Shown one piece after another: positions 48,392 to 60,678 of a stretch of 64,000 bases of DNA. The notes under the pieces were generated by a model, which saw only the letters and a list, made by a program, of their open reading frames with translations, did not search any database and was not told the DNA's origin. Location of the stretch: NCBI RefSeq assembly GCF_036365525.1, contig NC_090414.1, positions 21,041,846 to 21,105,845 of the forward strand, in the 5' to 3' direction. Source of the DNA: Heterodontus francisci. Taxonomy: Eukaryota. Both the position numbers and the translations under genes were made by a program. How positions within the stretch are numbered: the first letter of the stretch is position 1; every line of letters starts with the position of its first letter.

Positions 48392-51300
48392 CTAAGAGTC
48401 ATAATCGTCATCTTCCTCGCCATCTTGACTGCAGACCATTGGGGCGGGCGCTGGCATCGGCAGGTTGCTCATCACTGGTGAACACATGGGCATTGGCAAC
48501 ACTGGCAGAGGAGTGCTGAAGACTGACTCGGGGCTGCAGGAGACAAGTGAAACAGAGTCTGTGGTTATACCTTTTGCCACCTCCCAAAGCACTTCACAGC
48601 CAATGGGGTAGAGTGTTCCATCACGTCTACAGCACGCGGACAGGCCATTCGGCCCATCTGGTCTGTGGCAGGCCTTTACGCTCCATGCAAACCTTCCCCC
48701 ACTCCCCCTCTCCGTCTCACCCCATCAGCATACCCTTCTATTCCTTTGTTGATTGAGGGATAGATATCGGTTCAAGGGCACGGGGGGCGGTTGGGCGTGG
48801 AGAACTCCCCTGCTCTTCCTTAAATAGTGGCCGAGGGACCTTTCACAGAGGGCAGACGGGGAGGCCTCAATTTAACTGCGTTGGGCCTCAGGACTACACC
48901 AGGCGAGATCAGTTAACTGTGCAGTGGCCGAGGATGGAATCCCGCTGCTCCGCCTGATTTGGTTAACTCCACGTTCCAATTCAGCACCAATTTAGATTCA
49001 TGGAAAATTATCCTTGGAAAAACCAACACCTTCAGACAGGTTGCACAGCGCACGGGAAGAGTGTTTCGGTTTAGCCTCCCCACTGCTCAACACAGAGCTT
49101 GGGGGCACAAGACAGCAGGTTCTGCCACTCTCCGACCAGCAGCAGGATCTGCTAAGGCGGGCTCCCTGACGGGTGACATGTCACGAGCAGCCACCAACCT
49201 CTGAATTTTGTCTCCGGGTCTGTCCGTGCTGGACCGAGACACCTCTTCCTCGTCCGTGTCACTGTCCTCGGACTCGTCCTGTTGGCACAAAGTGACAAAA
49301 TTGGGAATTCAGCAGGTATTCTCCAGCGCGTTGGTCCACTGTGCACGAACCATTGTGGCGCATGAGCTATTTGACAGTAGAAGCATCGCACTACACCAGA
49401 AAGCTAGTTGAAGGATTATGCCGGAGCCAATCTTTACTTAATCTTACATTTATTTTACAAAGTAACAAGTTTACAAACATGCAGCTCCTCACTCAGTTCA
49501 CCCAGTTTCAGTAATTGTCTCCTTATAAAAACTCAAGTAAAACCCTACTCAACACCCGCCATCTGCATATTATTAAACACAATTAACAATTGCGGTCATG
49601 CCCTATCCAGTCATGGGGCGGGGTATCGTGGCTAAGTGGAATTCGACCACATGGGCATCACAGCCACGTACTATTCACACACGGGTCAACGCAATCATTG
49701 TCTGCGATGCCAGGCTGGGCCAAACTTGGAGTGCGATCGGGGTGGGGGGGTGGTGGGGGGGGTTGCTACAGACTGACTCACCTCCTGTTCCGATTCCGTA
49801 CTCGACTGCTTCTTGTCCTTCCCTTTCGCCCCGGCCCCTCCATTTGTGTTTCTCCGCCCAGACCCGGGCTTCCTCCCCCTGGTAATGACACAAAGACGAG
49901 TTCAAGCGTGAATAATACATTCCAGCGTTAAACCAGTCCAATCCCTCCCTCTGGGCACCACCCCCCCCCCCCCACTTCCTCCTCCAGGAGCAGGCTCTCG
50001 CTGGTGTTCAGCTCGGCGGACAGCCTCGGGTACTGTGGTCAGTCGACTGTGGGGGGCATCACAGCCCGCATCTTCCAGCGGGGGCAACATAGAGCAGGAA
50101 AAAGGTTCAGGCCTGTACTAACACAGAACAGGCCGACGATGGGGAGAGAGAGTGAATGAGTGCGAGTGTCTGTCTCAGTACATCGAGGAAGGGGAAGGGG
50201 GATTGCTGTCCTTTAACCTCTCAGCACCTACCTGCGTGGGGTCTTGTCCCCTTCCATGTGGTTGTCCTCATTATCGCCCTGTATGTCTGGCACAGAGGCT
50301 ACTAAGTCCTTCAGGAAGTCAAACTGCTGCTCCAGCTCAATGCACTGCTTCCTGGAAGCAAACATCCCATAATGTTAACATTATGCTCTCCCTTACCATC
50401 AGCACTCTTCCCCCAGCTATCTTCTGACCCCGAGCTGACCTTCAAAACAACGCCCCCCCCCCACCACCCCGTACCCTCCAAAATCCCCAGGACTGCCTTC
50501 ATAACATCACCGTCCCTGCCTCTGCAACCCTTCTGCGACAGGGAGGTTGATTAATTGTATGCTCTGGGTTGTTACTCTGTGACACCCGCTGTACTGTGCC
50601 AACGCAGAGGGAGGTCAGAACCACAGGTTCAAAGGTCAGCTGGCATTCGCCCCCTAGACTGTCATAAAACTCCCAGGACAGGTACAGCACGGGGGTTAGA
50701 TACAGAGTAAAGCTCCCTCTACACTGTCCCCCATCAAACACTCCCCAGGACAGGTACAGCACGGGGGTTAGATACAGAGTAAAGCTCCCTCTACACTAAA
50801 AAAAAAAAAAAAAAAAAAACGGGGGTTAGATACAGAGTAAAGCTCCCTCTACACTGTCCCCATCAAACACTCCCAGGACAGGTACAGCACGGGGGTTAGA
50901 TACAGAGTAAAGCTCCCTCTACACTGTCCCCATCAAACACTCCCAGGACAGGTACAGTACGGGCGTTAGATACAGAGTAAAGCTCCCTCTACACTCTCCC
51001 CATCAAACACTCCCAGGACAGGTACAGAACGGGGGTTAGATACAGAGTAAAGCTCCCTCTACACTGTCCCCATCAAATACTCCCCAGGACAGGTACAGTA
51101 CGGGGGGGTAGATACAGAGTAAAGCTCCCTCTACACTGTCCCCCATCAAATACTCCCAGGACAGGTACAGCACGGGGGTTAGATACAGAGTAAAGCTCCC
51201 TCTACACTGTCCCCCATCAAATACTCCCAGGACAGGTAAAGCACGGGGGTTAGATACAGAGTAAAGCTCCCTCTACACTGTCCCCATCAATGCATTCTCA

Positions 51301-54011
51301 AACGTAATGCTTTACTGCCCCAGCGTGCCAACCTGAGAGTCAATTGGCAAATGAGGGTCAGTAATTGGAACTGTGGCAAATGTATTTTGTGCTGCGGGAC
51401 AGGAGGTTATCAGAGATCCTATGTGGGCTGGATCTGAGCAGAGGTCAGAAGTGAAAGGTCAGAGGATTGGTTAGTTATTGATCCTGTTCTTCTGCCATTA
51501 CCGGGCACGAGCTGGAGAGACGGCAAGGGTCTGGTGGGGAAAATCGTTGACGTGGGCTCCATGGGGAAGGGTTTTGGGACATGGCACCTGGAACCGATCG
51601 CACCAAAGGAAGGCGCAAGGGGTTCACAGAGCAAAGGCTGCTGGAGGAAAAGATAAATGAGTGCAGTTTCCTTACAGGTGTGACGTGGTCATGGTCTTGG
51701 CGTTTCGCGATTGAGTCACGTGACAGGCCTTCGTCAGCAGTGAATTCAGGAAAAGCTCCAACGCCCGAGCTAACCAGAGTAGGTTAAGGAAAATCCTCCC
51801 GGCCCTCGTGGTCAGTGACGGCTCTCCCCCACTGAGCCCGAAACGGTGCCAACGTTGCTGCCCTTCGTTCCTCCGCCCAAACGTAGTTCCTGCTTCTAGG
51901 CGTCAGCTGTGGCTCAGTGGGTAGCTCTCTCTCTCTCAGTTCAGAAGGTGCCAGTGCAGAGGCTCGAGCCCATAACCCAGGCCGACCCTCCCGCTGCCAG
52001 TACCGAGGGAGTGCTGCACCGTCGAATGAGCCATTAAACCGAGTCTGCCCCTCTCGGGTGGATGTAAAATATCCCACGGCCGCTATCGGAAGAGCAGTGG
52101 TGGGGGGGGGAGTTCTCCCCGGTGTCCCTTAACCAACATCACCAGGAACAGATGATCTGGGTCATTATCACGTAGCTGTTTGTGGGATCTTGCTGTGTGC
52201 AAGTTAACACATTTAATACATTACAACTCTACACTTCAAAAGTACTTCAGTGGCTGTAAAACGCTTTGGGACATCTGGAGGTCGAGAAAAATGCTAGAGA
52301 AATGGATAGATTGGCCTCGGAGGGAGTGCTGTGTAGATTTACCAGAATGATATCTGGACTCCAAGGGTTAAATTAAGAGGGGAAATTACACAAACTAGGG
52401 CTGTATTCCCTGGAATTTAGAAGGTTAAGGGGTGATTTGATTGAGGTTTTCAAGATATTAATGTAAATTGAGAGGGTCGATAGTGAGAAACGATTTCCGC
52501 TGCTTGGGGGAGTCGAGGACTCGGGGGGCAGAGTTTAAAAATTAGAGCCAGACCTTTCAGGAGTGAAATGAGGAAACACTTGCACACACAAAGGGTGGGA
52601 GAAGTTTGGAACTCTCTTCCACAAACGGCAATCGATGCTGGATCAATTGTTAATGTTACATCTGAAATGATAACACCTTTGGTTAACAAGATTCTAAGGG
52701 GTATGGAGTTAGGTCACAGGTTAGTCCTGCTTGCACTGAATGGCAGATTAGGTTCAAGGGGCTACAGGCATCTATTAATGTGGTAACCAAAATACATCTC
52801 TCGCAGATTTAAAATGAACAATTAACATCAGCTGCGGGAGAGCGTTCCGAACTTCAGCCACCCTGTGCGTGTGGAAGCGTTTCCTCATTTCACTCCTGAA
52901 ATGTCTGGCTCTAATTTTTAGGCTATCTCCCCTAATCCTGGAGTAGAGCAGTCAGAGCCTGGAAAACACCCACCACACGCCAAAACCAGTTCACTCGCTA
53001 AGCATGAGGGGCGGGTAGGATTCAGCGTTGTACAGTTTGGAGGATACAGATTATCACAGGAACAGCTGCAGCAACCTTTCCAATTTCCTCATCGGTCTGC
53101 ATGATTTTCTTGATTCTGGCCTGCAATTCAATAAAATTATACAAATCAATGCCGACAACCAGTCAAAGAATCAAATCACCCTGAACCCCACCATGAGATT
53201 CCACTCTGTTATTCACATCCATTACCTTGGGGGTGACCGTTGCCCCAGTACTGACACTGTCCCTCTGCATCCCCTGCTCCTTCCACACCTCTCCCTCGAC
53301 CCCCCCTCCCTCCACCTGCCACCCCCATCCCTCCCTCCGCCTACCCAGGTCCCTCACTCCGCCTCCGCGCCCCCCCCGCCCCGTGTCCCTCCGTCTGCCT
53401 CCCCAGGGTCCTTACCTCCCTCCACCTAACCTCCGCCTCCCACCTCCACCGTCTGCCTACCCACCCCACCCCACCCCACCCCCCCCATCCATCCCATCTG
53501 CCTCCATGTTCCCCTATTAATTCTATTCTATCTCAAGGACCAGCCTCCTTGTCACCTCTGAACAACACAGGCACCAGGCCCTCCAGCCCTATTCCCCAGC
53601 CCCCATGTCCAACTGTCACAGTCCCGGTCTCCACACCGCCACACCCCCCCCCCCACAGTCCCAGGCCTCACCTCCTCCAACCCCCCACCCCCCCACTACC
53701 CCCCAGTCCCAGGTCTCACAACCCCCCCCAGACCCAGTCCCCAGCCCCTCGCCCCCCCAGTCCCAGGCCTCTCGCCCCCCCCCCCCCCCCCCCCCAGTCC
53801 CAGGCCTCTCGTACGCCAGTCCCAGTCCCCAGGTCCCCCTACCCCCCAGTCCCAGGTCTCACAACCCCCCCCCAGACCCAGTCCCCAGCCTCTCACCCCC
53901 CCCAGTCCCAGTACCCAGGCCCCCCCACCCCACCCCACCCCACCCCCCGGCCTCCTCAGTGCCTCTGACCGGCGGGAAGCGGGCGTTGTATTTCTTCTTC
54001 TTGGAAGGCAT
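48392..54011 (-). CDS. DRAP1: DR1-associated corepressor (NC2 alpha), about 215 aa
   Basis: Exons 54011-53970 ([14 protein letters not shown]), 53120-53048 ([24 protein letters not shown]), 51769-51676 ([32 protein letters not shown]), 50351-50232 ([17 protein letters not shown]...), 49878-49782, 49278-49199, 48533-48392 (...EEDDDYDS*); phases consistent; AATAAA (minus) at 47634-47639. Confidence 0.96.
50667..51290. repeat. 70-bp satellite array (~9 units) with internal poly(A) tract
   Basis: Same unit; A22 at 50798-50819. Confidence 0.95.
51900..52300 (+). mobile_element. Deu-domain SINE, near full length
   Basis: Head gtggctcagtgggtagc...tcagaagg, Deu core, tail aaagtacttcagtggctgtaaa. 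Confidence 0.75.
52305..52765 (+). mobile_element. CR1 LINE 3' fragment
   Basis: ctggaatttagaaggttaaggggtgatttgattgaggttttcaag; [13 protein letters not shown]. Confidence 0.75.
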
Positions 54012-54240
54012 CCTCAGGCTGTGGAGCTGCTGCTGGGGCCGGGCCCGAGCTCAGTGACGGCAGCAGCGGCGCGACCAGGGGGGTCCTTCTCTCCCGCCGG
54101 CGCACAGATTCCCGGATAAAGGAGGCGGCTGCGGCGCCTGCCTAACGGCGCCGCGGAATCGGGACACGGGGAGCGGCCGAGCCCGGGTAAAGAGCGGCAC
54201 AACCCGGGGAGAGAGGCGGCCTGGACAGGGCACGGGGAAG
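53960..54240. promoter_or_regulatory. CpG-island bidirectional promoter DRAP1/C11orf68
   Basis: Dense CpG immediately upstream of the DRAP1 ATG; candidate C11orf68 exon-1 donor cgg|gtaaag near 54186; the head-to-head arrangement is also known in human. Confidence 0.7.
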
Positions 54241-54244
54241 TGAC

Positions 54245-56040
54245 ACTAGGGTCCCCTCCCCCCTCCGGCCAGTGTTGCTAGGGCCCCCTCCCTCGTCCGG
54301 CCAGTGTTGCTAGGGTCCCCTCCCTCGTCCGGCCAGTGTTGCTAGGGTCCCCTCCCTCGTCCGGCCAGTGTTGCTAGGGTCCCCTCCCTCGTCCGGCCAG
54401 TGTTGCTAGGGTCCCCTCCCTCCTCCGGCCAATGTTGCTAGGGTCCCCTCCCTCGTCCGGCCAGTGTTGCTAGGGTCCCCTCCCTCATCTGCCAGTGTTG
54501 CTAGGGTCAGCTCCCTCCTCCGGCCAATGTTGCTAGGGACCCCTCCCTCCTCCGGCCAGTGTTGCTAGGGACCCCTCCCTCCTCCGGTCAGTGTTGCTAG
54601 GGTCCCCTCCCTCATATGCCAGTGTTGCTAGGGTCCGCTGTCTCCTCAGGCCAGTGTTGCTAGGGACCCCTCCCTCCTCCGGCAAGTGTTGCTAGGGACC
54701 GCTCCCTCCTCCGGCCAGTGTTGCTAGGGACCCCTCCCTCCTCCGGCCAGTGTTGCTAGGGACCCCTCCCTCCTCCGGCCAGTGTTGCTAGGGACCCCTC
54801 CCTCCTCCGGCCAGTGTTGCTAGGGACCCCTCCCTCCTCCGGCCAGTGTTGCTAGGGACCCCTCCCTCCTCCGGCCAGTGTTGCTAGGGACCCCTCCCTC
54901 CTCCGGCCAGTGTTGCTAGGGACCCCTCCCTCCTCCGGCCAGTGTTGCTAGGGACCCCTCCCTCCTCCGGCCAGTGTTGCTAGGGACCCCTCCCTCCTCC
55001 GGCCAGTGTTGCTAGGGACCCCTCCCTCATCTGCCAGTGTTGCTAGGGTCCCCTCCCTCATCTGCCAGTGTTGCTAGGGTCCCCTCCCTCTTCCGGCCAA
55101 TGTTGCTAGGGACCCCTCCCTCCTCCGGCCAATGTTGCTAGGGACCCCTCCCTCCTCCGGCCAATGTTGCTAGGGACCCCTCCCTCCTCCGGCCAATGTT
55201 GCTAGGGACCCCTCCCTCTTCCGGCCAATGTTGCTAGGGACCCCTCCCTCCTCCGGCTAATGTTGCTAGGGACCCCTCCCTCCTCCGGCTAATGTTGCTA
55301 GGGACCCTTCCCTCCTCCGGCCAATGTTGCTAGGGTCCCCTCCCTCGTCCACCAGTGTTGCTAGGGGCCCCTCCCTCCTCCGGCCAATGTTGCTAGGGTC
55401 CCCTCCCTCGTCCGCCAGTGTTGCTAGGGACCCCTCCCTCCTCCGGCCAATGTTGCTAGGGTCCCCTCCCTCATCTGCCAGTGTTGCTAGGGTCCCCTCC
55501 CTCCTCCGGCCAATGTTGCTAGGGACCCCTCCCTCCTCCGGCCAATGTTGCTAGGGTCCCCTCCCTCATCTGCCAGTGTTACCAGAGCCCCCTCCCTCCC
55601 CCGGCCAGTGTTGCCAGGTCCCCCTCCCTCCCCCGGCCAGTGTTGTTAAGGTCCCCTCCCTCGTCCACCAGTGTTGCTGGGGACCCCTCCGTCTTTCAGC
55701 CAGTGTTGCTAGGGACCCCACCGTCTTTCAGCCAGTGTTGCTAGGGTCCCCTCCCTCATCCGCCAGTGTTGTTACGGTCCCCTCCCTCATCCGCTAGCTT
55801 TGCTAGGGTCCCCTCCCTCATCTGCCAGTGTTGCCAGGGACCCCTCCCTCCTCCGGCCAGTGTTGCTAGGGATCCCTCCCTCCTCCGGCTGGCATTGCCA
55901 GGGTCATCTCTCTCCTCCGGTCAGTGTTTCTCGGGATTCCACTCCCCCTCCAGCCAATATTGCTAGGGGGAACAACCCCCTCTGACCAGTGTTGCTCGGA
56001 TTCCCCCTCTCCTCTAGCCAGTGTTGCTAGGGGCCTCTCT
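54245..56040. repeat. 32-bp minisatellite in C11orf68 intron
   Basis: Unit gccagtgttgctagggacccctccctcctccg, decaying toward 56040. Confidence 0.95.
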
Positions 56041-56529
56041 GTACCAACCGGTGGTGCTGGGATCCCCTCGCCCCTGTGCAGTGTTGCCATGAACCTGTTC
56101 TCTGCAGTTTGTTGCTCGGGCCCCTGCCCAGAGGGGTGTGTTACTTGCAGCTTAAACCGAGTTTTTCTTGAATTTAGTTTGTAATGTTCTCCTGACGCCG
56201 AACTTCCTGTATTAACTTTGGTGTTCAGTTTCTCGAGTACTGGCTCCTGTGTGTTTACCTCAATCATCTTTCTAATCGGCAGGGTGTTAACTCTGGGAGT
56301 CTTTCAACATTTCCCTGTCAGTAGGAATAAACTAGGAACACAAACTCTGAGAACAGAAGCAGCACCAAAGGCTGAGGAACTTTCCGGTAAGTCAGCCTCC
56401 CGTTTCCCGACTGAATGTCGACCACTCTTCCCCCACCAGATGTAAATTGGCTGCCATCCCATCATCTAATCTGTCTCTGTTGGGAATCTCAACTCTTACC
56501 CCTCCCCTGCTCCAGAGATAGACCTTAAA

Positions 56530-57290
56530 ATGCAGGCTGACGCCCCCAGTGCCAGTACTGAGGGAGTGCTGCACTGTCAGCGGTGCGCTCTTTCGGATGA
56601 GACATTAAACTGAGGCTCCGTTTGCCCTCTCAGATCCCACAGCTGCTGTTGGGAGTGGAGCAGTGGGGAGTTCTGCAAGTATCCCGGAGCCAATGTTTAT
56701 CCCTCAATCAACATCATTAAAACAGATAATCTGGGTCATTGTCACGTTGCTGTTTGTGGGATCTTGCTGTGCGCATTTCCTACATTGTAACAGTGACTAC
56801 CCTTCGAAAGGACTTCATTAGGCGCCATAGGTGGGAAAGCAAGTTGTGAGAAGGATACAAAGAGTCTGCAAAGGGATTATAGATCGGTTGGGCGAGCGGA
56901 CAGAAATTTGGCAGGAAGAATAGAAAAGCAGATTATTATTTAAATGGAGAGAGGCTACAGTACAGAGGGAACACAAAAAGTTAGCATGCAGGTACAGCAA
57001 GTAGTTTGGAAGGCAAATGGAATGTTGGGATTTATTGCAAAGGGGGATGGAGTATAAAAGTTAGAGAATTCTTGCTACAGTTGTACAAGGTGAGGGTGAG
57101 CAGTTTTGGTCTCCTTATTTAAGGTGGGATCATACTTGCATTGGAGGCAGTTCAGAGAAGGTTCACTAGGCTGATTCCTGGGATGAAGGAGTTGTCTTAT
57201 GGAGTTTAGAAGAACGAGAGGTGATTTTATTGAAAGATTCTGAGTTGGGCTTAACAGGGTGGATGGTGAGAGGCTGTTTCCCCTCATGGG
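56530..57290 (+). mobile_element. Deu-domain SINE (56530-56830) followed by decayed CR1 fragment
   Basis: cagtactgagggagtgctgcactgtc...; then CR1-like ggaggcagttcagagaaggttcactaggctgattcctgggatg. Confidence 0.7.
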
Positions 57291-57371
57291 GGAGCAGGCA
57301 GGGAAGTGGAGTGAAAGGAGGGTACTGCTTCATGCCCACAACATCTCACCCGCCTCCATTTTTTTTTCTGA

Positions 57372-58157
<786 letters not shown>

Positions 58158-60116
58158 CCGAGCGGCGGGAGATGTTTGTCTGCGTCCGGCCTGCTGTTTT
58201 TTTTTTAAAAAAATGTACAGATTTAAAAGAAACTAGAAAGTACGAGCAAAAGAAATAGTGTCGGCATTGTCAATAAGTCTCAAGTGGGGCCTAGATTTGT
58301 GGTTTCCGTTTTGTCGCATCCTCCCCTCTCCTGATTTGGGGTGGAGGTGAAAAAAAGAGAGGGGGGGGACCATCCCAGGCTTCACAAGCATTGCCATCTC
58401 ACCCGCTTAACTGCTGAATGCTAGCAGGTCATGGACGGGGGGGGGGGGGGCAGCGTTGCCCCGCTGGTTTCTGTTTGGCGTGTCCTGCCCTCACAGGCAA
58501 GGCTAGTAGGTGGAGGGCGGGTGCGGATGGGTAAGCTAGGTGGCACTCCGCTTGGCAGTGAACCGATCCCTTCCTCACCCAAATTCCGCACCCACAACCC
58601 TGAGTTTTCCCCCCCCCCCACACATTGGATAGTCCACAAGCAGCAACCCCCCTGGCTGACATTTTTGCCTTTACACCGAACGCACCCTGCCCGAGAGCAG
58701 GCCGTGGCTGGAGCCTGGGCCCTCTCCTGCTCACTGTCTGGGGCTCAGCAGCAGAGGAGAGAGGAGGGGCTGAGGAGAAATGTACCGCGTGCCAGTTTGT
58801 TCACAAGCCCGTCAGACAAACACCACTGCGCAGCAGAAATGGAATTTCAGCTTTATTTTAAAAGAATCATACTTTACTTTTTAAAAAAAAAAAGTTATTC
58901 TGGTGCACATGATAATACTTCCTAAAAGTGTAAGCTTTTGGCAACATCTTTAGTCTAACTACAGGAGGAGGAGGAACATGTCTATGACTGCTTTCTAGTC
59001 TCTAAGCCCCATTTACAATAACCTGTGCAGCATGGCTGGGTTACAGCCCTCACAATCCTGGTAGACTGTTGGAAATCTGTTCTCACTCCCAACCAAGGTT
59101 CTGGTTCACACACTGGAGTAAAAAAAAAAGGGTTCCACAGGGCTGGTCACCAACTGTAGCCTTGCTTGCTATTTGACTGGGGTGGGCATTGCAGCTAAGC
59201 CCACTCCTGTTCTGATTCGGGTTGGCGAGGGGGGGCTGGGAGGGGCCTCCAGTTTAGTTAATCTCAGCTGGGAAGGGTTTTTTTTTTTTTTGGAGTGGGG
59301 GGAGGGGGTGTGCAGGTCAATAGTAGGAGCAGGAGGGAACCCTTCAGGAAGCTGGCAAGAGATCGCCTCGCTGTGGAGGGGGTTGACAGCGGTGGTCCAG
59401 AGTTAAGGGACTCGTGCAGCTTCAGTAAGGCTGCGGCTTGCTGCGTCTCTGCTATGGCGACATTACAACACTGGGTGGATGGGAAAGCATGGCCTGTAAT
59501 ATTGTCCCCTCTCAGGTGCAGAATCAAACCAAGTAACTGTTTGAGGTCTCGATGCAGAATGTCAGCCGTTGGATTAACATGTCAAACTGCACGCTTGGGT
59601 CACGCATCTTCTTGCTCTCTCTCTGTCTGTCTCTTTCACATGGGCTGGCTTGTCCTGGGGCCATTCGCACAAGTGGTTTTCCCACTTGTCATTTCCCACC
59701 CTGCTGCGATTGGAGAGCAAGAAACAAGATGGAGGCAGGGGTCTACCCAGCATGCCGAGTGCCAGAGAAAGCCCTCTATCAAAGTAAGCGGGGAGGAAGG
59801 GCTGCCTCGATCGAGGTCTGAACCATTTCACTTGTCCTTTTCGGCTTCCTGGGTACCGCCACGCCCCCAATTTTTGTACGTTTTCTGAGATTGGCAGTTC
59901 TTTTTCCAATCGAGCAGTGGAGACATCGTAATCCATTGCTCACAGGTAGATAAATTGTGTTTGAAGTGGTGCTTCAGGCAAATACATAGGGGCACTTCAA
60001 CCATTTTAAGGGTTGTCTCTGTCAGCAAAAACATATTCTATGAGGTGACTGACAAATCCTATCGTAGCTCTACAACATTTACGACTTGGATTGGGGAAGG
60101 AAAACTTACTGTGTGT

Positions 60117-60500
60117 CTCCAATTCCGGCCTCTTGTCCATCCCCCGATTCCCATCACTCCACCATTGGCGGCCATACCTTCAGCTGCCTGGGGGCCCCAA
60201 GCTCTGGAATTCCCTCCCTAACCCTCTCCTCCCTCCCCCCCTCTCTCTCTCTCTCCTCCCTTGAAGACTCTCCTTTAAAACCTCGATGTCCAATTTCCGT
60301 TTGCTAATTGCTCCTGTCAAGTGCCTTTTTACCAAAAGCTTGGTCAAAGGGCTCAGTTTTTAAGCAGCGTCTTCAAGGAGGAGAGAGAGAGGCGGAGAGG
60401 TTTAGGGAGGGAATTCCAGAGCTTAGGCAGCTGAAGGCACAGCCTCCAATGGGTGGAGCGATGGGAATCGGGGGATGGACAAGAGGCCGGAATTGGAGGA
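60117..60500. repeat. Inverted pair of L2-like fragments
   Basis: 60117-~60283 is the approximate reverse complement of ~60355-60498. Confidence 0.88.
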
Positions 60501-60678
60501 GCGCAGAGATCTGAGGGGAGGTGGGAAGTGGGTGAAGGAAGGGGTGGCGGGCAGGCGGGGGGGAAAGAGTGGGTGAGGGGGGTATTTGAAGGCGAAGATG
60601 AGAACTTTTTAAAAAGTGGAGGCGTTGGTTTAACAAACAACACAGGAGAGCAGGGATGGACGACATGGATTCTGCTTC

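Larger units (their letters stand above)
51770..53047 (-). other. U12-type (minor spliceosome) GT-AG intron of DRAP1
   Basis: 5' site GTATCCTCC; branch point TTTTCCTTAAC ending 13 nt from the exon boundary; short polypyrimidine tract. Confidence 0.9.

Noticed and set aside
59295-59936. ORFs of 120-197 aa between C11orf68 and RELA
   Set aside because: No recognisable homology or codon bias; probably 3' UTR sequence.
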